A DNA stretch of 64,000 nucleotides from Variovorax sp. (GTDB taxonomy: Bacteria > Pseudomonadota > Gammaproteobacteria > Burkholderiales > Burkholderiaceae_C), in the NCBI GenBank assembly GCA_004210915.1, contig SEGS01000026.1, forward strand, positions 4,703-68,702, given 5' to 3'. Under the pieces are notes generated by a model. That model was not told the origin of the DNA and did no database searches. It saw only the letters and a list, made by a program, of their open reading frames with translations. Positions 58,354 to 64,000 of the stretch are shown here, one piece after another. Positions within the stretch are counted from its first letter, which is position 1; the number at the start of each line of letters is the position of its first letter. The translations under genes were made by a program, and so were the position numbers.

Positions 58354-58400
58354 GGATCGGGACGAGGTGCCGCAATTGCCGCGGCACATTCGCACGGAAC

Positions 58401-58426
58401 AGGGGCGCATCGAGCGCCCCTTTTTT
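58401..58426 (+). terminator. Rho-independent terminator after htpG
   Basis: GGGGCGC-ATCGA-GCGCCCC-TTTTTT. Confidence 0.85.
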
Positions 58427-58492
58427 GTTGCTCACGCATTTGGCAGCGATGCCCTGGGCGATGATGTCGCCTCGCGATCAAGGGAGCCACCG

Positions 58493-58972
58493 ATGACACC
58501 GTTTCGTCTTTCTGCCATGCCCGGCACCGTCCTGACAGCGGCGCGCGTCGCACGCGGAGGTTCGCGTTGGCTTCGGCTTCCGGCGCTGGCACTCGCCGCC
58601 TCCGCGACGCTGCTGCTCACGGGCTGCGCATCCATCGGCGCCGGCGTGGGCATCGGCATTCCGTTGGTGCCGGGTTTGTCGCTCAGCATCGGCGTTGGCA
58701 CGGGTGGGCCCTCCATCGGCCTGAGCACTGGCTGGGGTCCGCTGGGCGCGGGCGTAGGCATCGATGGCGGCGGGCGGGTGGTCGGCTCGGCCGGCATCGG
58801 CGCCTCGGCCGGACCGGTGGGCGTCGGGGTGGGCCGTAGCGCGGTGCTGTACGACCCGCTGTTGCCGCCGCCACCCGGCAGCCCGTCGGTGATGGGCGCC
58901 GTTCAGCCGGGCGCGGTGGTGCCGGGCCCCGGCTACGGGCGGCGCCTGCCCGGTGATGTCGAAGCGCCTTAA
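58493..58972 (+). CDS. Glycine-rich putative lipoprotein
   Basis: SD AAGGGAG; lipobox LLTGC followed by GAGVGIG/GVGVG-type repeats and a Pro-rich tail; start uncertain. Confidence 0.6.
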   Translation: MTPFRLSAMPGTVLTAARVARGGSRWLRLPALALAASATLLLTGCASIGAGVGIGIPLVPGLSLSIGVGTGGPSIGLSTGWGPLGAGVGIDGGGRVVGSAGIGASAGPVGVGVGRSAVLYDPLLPPPPGSPSVMGAVQPGAVVPGPGYGRRLPGDVEAP

Positions 58973-59015
58973 GACACGGTGCGCGCTTGCTCAGAGCGGG
59001 TAGCGTGTCGCCACC

Positions 59016-60074
59016 TCAGGCGTACAGCGGCTCTTCCGCCATCTGTTCGCACTGCTCCTGCAGCATCAGGATCTGGCTCTTCCAGTAATCGCTTGTGCCG
59101 AACCACGGGAAATTGATCGGGAAGATCGGGTCTTCGAAGCGGCGCGCGAGCCAGGCGCTGTAGTGAATCAGGCGCAGCGTGCGCAGCGGCTCGATCAGCG
59201 CGAGCTCGCGGCGGTCGAAGCTGCGGAACTGTTCGTAGCCCTCGAGCAGGCCGCTCAGCTGGCCGGTGCGTTGGGCACGGTCGCCCGAGAGCAGCATCCA
59301 CAGATCCTGCACGGCAAAGCCGGTGCGCGCATCGTCGAGGTCGACAAAGTGCGGCCCGCCGCCGGGGCGGTCGGTCGGTGTCCAGAGGATGTTGCCGGGG
59401 TGGCAGTCGCCGTGGAGGCGCAGGCTTTTGAACTCGGTGCCGAAGTGGCCCTGTGCATCGGCGGCCAGCGCCGTCTTCGCGATCATGTCGAGGGCTTCGT
59501 TGCAGTGCTTCTCCCACAACGTTTGCACATCGAGCGGGATTTTGTCGTGGCCGAGCAGCCAGTCGCGCGAGGCGATGCCGAAACTCTGCAGGTCGAGCGC
59601 AGGGCGCGTCTGGAATGGCTGCCGTGCACCGACCGCGTGAATGCGCGCGAGGAAGCGGCCGATCCACTCGAGCACTTCGAAGTCGTCCAGCTCGGGCGGG
59701 CGCCCCCCGCGGTAGGGGCTCACGCTGAAGGCGAAGCCCGCATGGTCGTGCAGCGTGGCGCCGTTCAGCGCCAGCGGCGCGACCGCAGGCACTTCAGCCG
59801 CAGTGAGTTCGGCAGAGAAGGCGTGTTCTTCAAGGATCTGCGCCTCGCTCCAGCGGCCCGGCCGGTAGAACTTGGCGACCACCACGCTTCGGTCTTCCAG
59901 GTGGATCTGGTAGACGCGGTTTTCGTAGGAACTCAGTGCTTGCAGGCGGCCGTCGCCGTGGAGGCCGAGCGTGGCGAGCGCATCGAGCACCACGTCGGGC
60001 GTGAGCGATTCGTACGGGTGGAGGGCGGACGGCGCGGCCGGCGGGGGCGCGGCGTCGGGGTGGTCTGGATGCAT
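59016..60074 (-). CDS. srkA: Stress response Ser/Thr kinase SrkA (RdoA/YihE)
   Basis: LSSYENRVY, VAKFYRPGRW, LEEH, RLHGDCHPGNILW, FVDLDD, QDLWMLL, DPIFPINFPWF. Confidence 0.93.
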   Translation of the reverse strand: MHPDHPDAAPPPAAPSALHPYESLTPDVVLDALATLGLHGDGRLQALSSYENRVYQIHLEDRSVVVAKFYRPGRWSEAQILEEHAFSAELTAAEVPAVAPLALNGATLHDHAGFAFSVSPYRGGRPPELDDFEVLEWIGRFLARIHAVGARQPFQTRPALDLQSFGIASRDWLLGHDKIPLDVQTLWEKHCNEALDMIAKTALAADAQGHFGTEFKSLRLHGDCHPGNILWTPTDRPGGGPHFVDLDDARTGFAVQDLWMLLSGDRAQRTGQLSGLLEGYEQFRSFDRRELALIEPLRTLRLIHYSAWLARRFEDPIFPINFPWFGTSDYWKSQILMLQEQCEQMAEEPLYA

Positions 60075-60114
60075 GGGTGATTGTCGCGCGCCGCGCCCCG
60101 CGCCCTGTGCACAC

Positions 60115-61209
60115 CTAGGCCGGATGCATTGACAACATGTGCCCCACGCGCGGGTGACCGCGACCACCGAGCACTTCAAGGTAGGCGGCCTGCACCGCGT
60201 CCGGTCCGCGGAAGTGATCGGGCACCAGCCATGGCGCGGCCGGCGCCGTGACCTGTGCCGTGAAGGCTGTCCAGGCGGCCAGCAAGCGCTCGTTGAGCAC
60301 CGCGCCGCCCCACTCGTCGCTGCGCTTCTTGATCTGCGCCGGTGCAAAGAACAGCGTGGGCCGCGGGCCGGGCAGATCCTTCGCGCCGCCCAGCTGCTCG
60401 ACGTGGGTGCCGCCGATCGCGCTGCTGTAGCGCAGGTTGACGAAGCGGGTGTGGATGGCCAAGCGCAGCGCCGCATTGCCGGCGAAATCCACATACACGC
60501 ATTCGGTGTCGGACGGCACCTGCTCCAGCTCGTCGTAGCCGATCACGCGCGTGTAGCAGCCCAGGCTTTCGCAGAAGAGCTTGTTGCCGGGCGAGGTGAG
60601 GCCGATCACTTCGATCCCGGCCCGCTGCGCGAGCTGGAACGCGGTGCCGTAGGCCGTCTTGCTCGACGCGCTCGACAACAGCACCGTGGTCGCGCCGAAG
60701 AAATTGTTGTCGAGCAGGAAGTCGTCGATCAGCCAGGACGTGATGAAGAGCGGGCGCAACAGGGCCTGGATGGCCTCGGTGTCCGCGGTGTAGAACGGGT
60801 CGGCGTTGCAGCGCGTGTAGCGGTTGTAGACCGCGTGCAGGCCGGCGCGGTGGGGCGCCGCGTCAGCGAAGCCATCGGGCTTCAATCGGTCGGGCTGCAA
60901 CACTGCGTGCCCGGCCATCGGGAAGTAGCCGTACAGGCGCTCGCCGACGGCCACGCCGGGGTGCAGCGACTGCACCACCGTGCCGAAACCCCAGACAGGG
61001 ATCACGCCCCAATCGTCCTCGCCGCTCGGAAAGAAATCCCAGTAACTCATCGCTGCGCCGAAAGCGGCGTAAGTGATGTTGTTGGATGTGAGAGCGAAAT
61101 CATCGACCCGCACGCGCACCTGGCCCTCGGCCAAGGCGGTGTCTTCGCGCGTTTGCAGGCGCGTCGTGGCGAGGTGGTCCTTGCGTACCAGGAGTTGGGT
61201 GGTGCTCAT
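60115..61209 (-). CDS. DUF2855 family protein
   Basis: FALTSNNITYAAFG...YWDFFP, IPVWGF, LLRPLFITSWL, SSASSKTA, YVDFAGN, FFAP. Confidence 0.85.
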   Translation of the reverse strand: MSTTQLLVRKDHLATTRLQTREDTALAEGQVRVRVDDFALTSNNITYAAFGAAMSYWDFFPSGEDDWGVIPVWGFGTVVQSLHPGVAVGERLYGYFPMAGHAVLQPDRLKPDGFADAAPHRAGLHAVYNRYTRCNADPFYTADTEAIQALLRPLFITSWLIDDFLLDNNFFGATTVLLSSASSKTAYGTAFQLAQRAGIEVIGLTSPGNKLFCESLGCYTRVIGYDELEQVPSDTECVYVDFAGNAALRLAIHTRFVNLRYSSAIGGTHVEQLGGAKDLPGPRPTLFFAPAQIKKRSDEWGGAVLNERLLAAWTAFTAQVTAPAAPWLVPDHFRGPDAVQAAYLEVLGGRGHPRVGHMLSMHPA

Positions 61210-61233
61210 GCCATCGACCTTAGCCCAGACGTG

Positions 61234-61272
61234 AAAAAGCCGCCAGCTCGGGTGTGCCCGAGGCGACGGCTT
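61234..61272 (-). terminator. Rho-independent terminator after the ohrR-ohr-DUF1304 genes
   Basis: Minus strand GCCGTCGCCTCGGG-CACA-CCCGAGCTGGCGGC-TTTTT. Confidence 0.7.
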
Positions 61273-61315
61273 GGGATGGGCGCTGACGCACCTTGCCTGG
61301 CTCTTCAGGCGTGTT

Positions 61316-61690
61316 TCAGCCTTGCGCGCTCTTCCTGCCGAACCAGAGCACCAGCGCGAGCGCGATGGCGGCAGGCAATGCCTGCGTCAGCATGATCTTC
61401 GGCGCGGCGGTGAGGCCACCGAATACGCCGGCCACGATGACGCAGGCCAGGAAGAAGATCTTGAACGTGCGGTTGTTCGTGAACAGCCCCCAGAACAGCC
61501 CGGCTGCCAGAAAGCCGTTGTAGAGCCCCTGGTTCGCGGCGAGCGATGCGCTGGCGTCGGCGAAGGCCTGCGTGGTGTTGAAGGTCTTCATGCCGAGCGG
61601 CTTGTTCCAGAAGAACATCTCGAGCACGAGGATGTACACGTGCTCGATCGCCACCAGCGCGACCGCGATCCGCGGAATCATTCGGGACAT
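61316..61690 (-). CDS. DUF1304 membrane protein
   Basis: VAIEHVYILVLEMFFW, LAANQGLYNGFLAAGLFWG, AGVFGGLT, QALPA. Confidence 0.88.
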   Translation of the reverse strand: MSRMIPRIAVALVAIEHVYILVLEMFFWNKPLGMKTFNTTQAFADASASLAANQGLYNGFLAAGLFWGLFTNNRTFKIFFLACVIVAGVFGGLTAAPKIMLTQALPAAIALALVLWFGRKSAQG

Positions 61691-61703
61691 GGCCGCTGCA
61701 GGA

Positions 61704-62129
61704 TCAGACGATTTCGAGATCGACGTCGATGTTGCCGCGCGTGGCGTTCGAGTACGGGCACACCTGGTGCGCCGTGTCGACCAGCAGCTTCTTCTGCGCG
61801 TCGTCCAGACCCGGCAGCGTGATCGCCAGCTTGACCGAGATGCCATACGCGGCGCCGCCGTTCGTCGGGCCGAGGGAAACCTTCGAGTCGATGGCGACGT
61901 CGTCGGGCACCTTCACGCTGATCTTCGGGCCGACGGCCTTCATGGCGCCGATGAAGCAGGCGGCGTAGCCGACCGCGAACAGCTGCTCGGGGTTGGTGCC
62001 CGGCTTGCCCGAACCTGGCGAGCTCAGCTTGACGTCGATGGCGCCATCGCTGGACTTGCCGGCGCCGTCGCGGCCACCCGTGGTGTGCGCTTCGGCGGTG
62101 TAGAGAACTTTGTCGAGCTTGGTCGTCAT
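61704..62129 (-). CDS. ohr: Organic hydroperoxide resistance protein
   Basis: LYTAEAHTTGGRDG, GTNPEQLFAVGYAACF, AHQVCPYSNATRGNI. Confidence 0.95.
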   Translation of the reverse strand: MTTKLDKVLYTAEAHTTGGRDGAGKSSDGAIDVKLSSPGSGKPGTNPEQLFAVGYAACFIGAMKAVGPKISVKVPDDVAIDSKVSLGPTNGGAAYGISVKLAITLPGLDDAQKKLLVDTAHQVCPYSNATRGNIDVDLEIV

Positions 62130-62179
62130 GGTGATTTCCTTTGGGTTGAGTGAAGGGAACAGGGAACGGGGAAAACAGT

Positions 62180-62632
62180 TCAGGCGGCCGCCTTGACGCG
62201 GTCGCGCAGGGTTTGCAGCTGTTTCGTCAGGCCGACGAGTTCGGCAATCGAGCATTGGCTCGCGCTGAGCAGGCAGTTCGGCACGTGGGCGGCTTTGGTC
62301 TTGAGCTTGCGGCCCGCGGCAGTGAGCGTGATGTGCACGCGCCGCTCGTCTGCCACATCGCGCACGCGCGACACCAGGCCGTTGGCTTCGAGGCGCTTGA
62401 GCAGCGGCGTGAGCGTGCCGGAATCGAGCGACAGGCGCGCGCCGAGCTCGGACACCATGGCGCCGTCCTGCTCCCACAGCGCCAGCATGACCAGGTACTG
62501 CGGGTAGGTGAGATTGAGTTTGTCGAGCAGGGGCTTGTACAGGCGCGTCATCGCCAGCGAGGCGGAATACACCGCAAAGCACAGCTGGTTGTCCAGTTTG
62601 AGCAGTTCGTCGGTGGTGGGTGCGGAGCGCAT
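62180..62632 (-). CDS. ohrR: Organic hydroperoxide-sensing MarR regulator
   Basis: LDNQLCFAVYSAS, LTYPQYLVMLALWE, LDSGTLTPLLKRLE, DERRV; adjacent to ohr. Confidence 0.93.
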   Translation of the reverse strand: MRSAPTTDELLKLDNQLCFAVYSASLAMTRLYKPLLDKLNLTYPQYLVMLALWEQDGAMVSELGARLSLDSGTLTPLLKRLEANGLVSRVRDVADERRVHITLTAAGRKLKTKAAHVPNCLLSASQCSIAELVGLTKQLQTLRDRVKAAA

Positions 62633-62646
62633 GCAGCGATTGTATG

Positions 62647-62675
62647 CGCGCAATTAGATTGTGCGCAATATAAAT
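62647..62675. promoter_or_regulatory. Candidate OhrR operator
   Basis: GCGCAATTAGATTGTGCGCAATATAAAT, an AT-rich CAATT-N-ATTG inverted repeat just upstream of ohrR. Confidence 0.6.
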
Positions 62676-62720
62676 GTCAGGAAGCGTAAGCGGCGATAGC
62701 CCTCATGCTGCCGGACGCCT

Positions 62721-63059
62721 TCAGTACTTGATCTCGATGCCGGCCTTCACGCCCTTGCGCTCGGCGCCGTCGGATTCGACTCCGGCCGAGAAAGAGACGT
62801 TGCCACCCGTGTTGCCGCCCACCGAATAGGTGGGGCGCTCTCCTGATTTGTCCACGCCGGTGTAAGCGCCGCTGCCGTCGGGCCGTTTCACGCCCACCGT
62901 GGCGCCTTTCGATTCCATCGAGGTCTCGGTCGGCGACAGGTTCGGCTCGACATACAGCGTCCCCTTCTCCCCGCTCTGAAGCGGCACCTTGGGGGCCTGC
63001 GCGAATGCGCCGGCGCAACAGAGCGCCAGGCCGCACAAGGTGACGAGGGAACGGTGCAT
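62721..63059 (-). CDS. Small exported hypothetical protein (112 aa)
   Basis: Signal peptide ending AFA; Gly/Ser/Thr beta-rich; ends GVKAGIEIKY. Confidence 0.65.
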   Translation of the reverse strand: MHRSLVTLCGLALCCAGAFAQAPKVPLQSGEKGTLYVEPNLSPTETSMESKGATVGVKRPDGSGAYTGVDKSGERPTYSVGGNTGGNVSFSAGVESDGAERKGVKAGIEIKY

Positions 63060-63070
63060 GGATTTGCCTT

Positions 63071-63892
63071 TCATCTTCCTGTGAAGCGCGCGGGCCGCCG
63101 CTCGATGAACGAGCGCACGCCCTCTGCGGCATCTTCGCTGGCGATCAGGCGCTGTCGCACCGGATCGAAATCCTCGATGGCGGCCAGCGGGCCTTGTTCG
63201 ATCGCCTTGAGCACGTTGAGCCGCGTGGCGACGACGGCCTGCGGCGCCTGCGCGGCGATCCTCTGCGCAATGACCAGTGCCTCGTCCAGTTCCTGCCCCG
63301 CCGCCACCACCTTCTGCACAAAGTTCAGCCGATAGGCCTCGGTGCTGTCGAACTCGTCGGCCGTCAGCAGGTGCAGCATCGCGTTGCCCATGCCGGCGCG
63401 CTCGGCCATGCGCAGCGTGGCGCCGCCCGAGGCCATGATGCAACGCTGCACCTCCAGTTGCGAGAAGCGGCAGTTGTCAGCCGCCACCACGATGTCGGCG
63501 GCCAGCATGAGCTCGATGCCGACCGTGAAGCAGATGCCCTTGACCGCCGCGACCATCGGTTTGGTGCGCCGGCGGTAGCCGGGCTGGCCCATGTTGTGCG
63601 GCTCGACCAGCGTGCCGTCGTCCGGGATCGCCTTGCCGCCATTCTTCACGAACTCCGCGATCAGCGGCAGGTCGAGACCGGCCGTGAAGTGGTCGCCGAA
63701 CGCATGCAGCACGCCCACGCGCAAGGCCGGGTCGTCGTCGAGTCGCGTGTAGGCCTCGGCCAGCTGCCGGAACATCTGCGGCGTCCAGCCGTTGCGCTTG
63801 GCCGGGCGGTTGATGCCGATCAGCAGCACATGGTCGAGCACCTGCGTGTCGATGCAGCCTTCGGGCGGTGGCGTGGTGGCGATGACGGTCAT
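63071..63892 (-). CDS. Crotonase / enoyl-CoA hydratase family protein
   Basis: INRPAKRN, FTAGLDL, KPMVAAVKG.CFTVGIELMLAADI, LEVQR. Confidence 0.9.
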   Translation of the reverse strand: MTVIATTPPPEGCIDTQVLDHVLLIGINRPAKRNGWTPQMFRQLAEAYTRLDDDPALRVGVLHAFGDHFTAGLDLPLIAEFVKNGGKAIPDDGTLVEPHNMGQPGYRRRTKPMVAAVKGICFTVGIELMLAADIVVAADNCRFSQLEVQRCIMASGGATLRMAERAGMGNAMLHLLTADEFDSTEAYRLNFVQKVVAAGQELDEALVIAQRIAAQAPQAVVATRLNVLKAIEQGPLAAIEDFDPVRQRLIASEDAAEGVRSFIERRPARFTGR

Positions 63893-64000
63893 GGGTTGTC
63901 TCCTGTAACGCAAGCGGGAACACCGCAACCCCGATTTGCCAGGCCGCTGGTGCTGCCCCGTGGAAGGGGTCTGGAAGGGACACGCAGTGCGCGATGACGG

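Noticed and set aside
1-64000. CRISPR arrays, tRNA/rRNA, IS elements, integrases, prophage structural genes, recognisable anti-phage defence genes
   Set aside because: None seen; the only phage-like pieces are the GH19 domain and the composition of the NAD operon, neither with mobility genes

Overview
GC-rich betaproteobacterial chromosome segment; gene content and style suggest Comamonadaceae (Variovorax-like), which is an inference. About 60 CDSs and no rRNA, tRNA, CRISPR array, transposase or integrase were recognised. Recognisable blocks: an aromatic acyl-CoA monooxygenase/reductase with a MarR regulator; three Bug/TctC binding proteins; an E1 alpha/beta ThDP dehydrogenase pair; a Liv-type ABC operon with two acyl-CoA ligases and a divergent Crp/Fnr regulator; a complete kdpFABC-DE locus with an extra upstream micro-ORF; a TRAP + AroQ-like + IclR module; an NAD salvage operon (nadM-Nudix, nadV, pnuC, nadR-like); aqpZ, htpG, srkA and ohr/ohrR. 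Most interesting: (1) three stem-loops in the NAD operon with different stems but the same GUUGA loop, two of them 18-20 nt before start codons, a candidate cis-regulatory RNA element; (2) a six-gene non-canonical chaperone-usher-like surface fibre cluster at 50725-56050; (3) a GH19 + papain-like C1 protease + alpha/beta-hydrolase fusion protein; (4) an MGDG-synthase-like glycosyltransferase / membrane protein / dual-specificity phosphatase operon, possibly for glycolipid synthesis. All calls are from motif reading by eye, without database searches, and start codons were re-picked manually.
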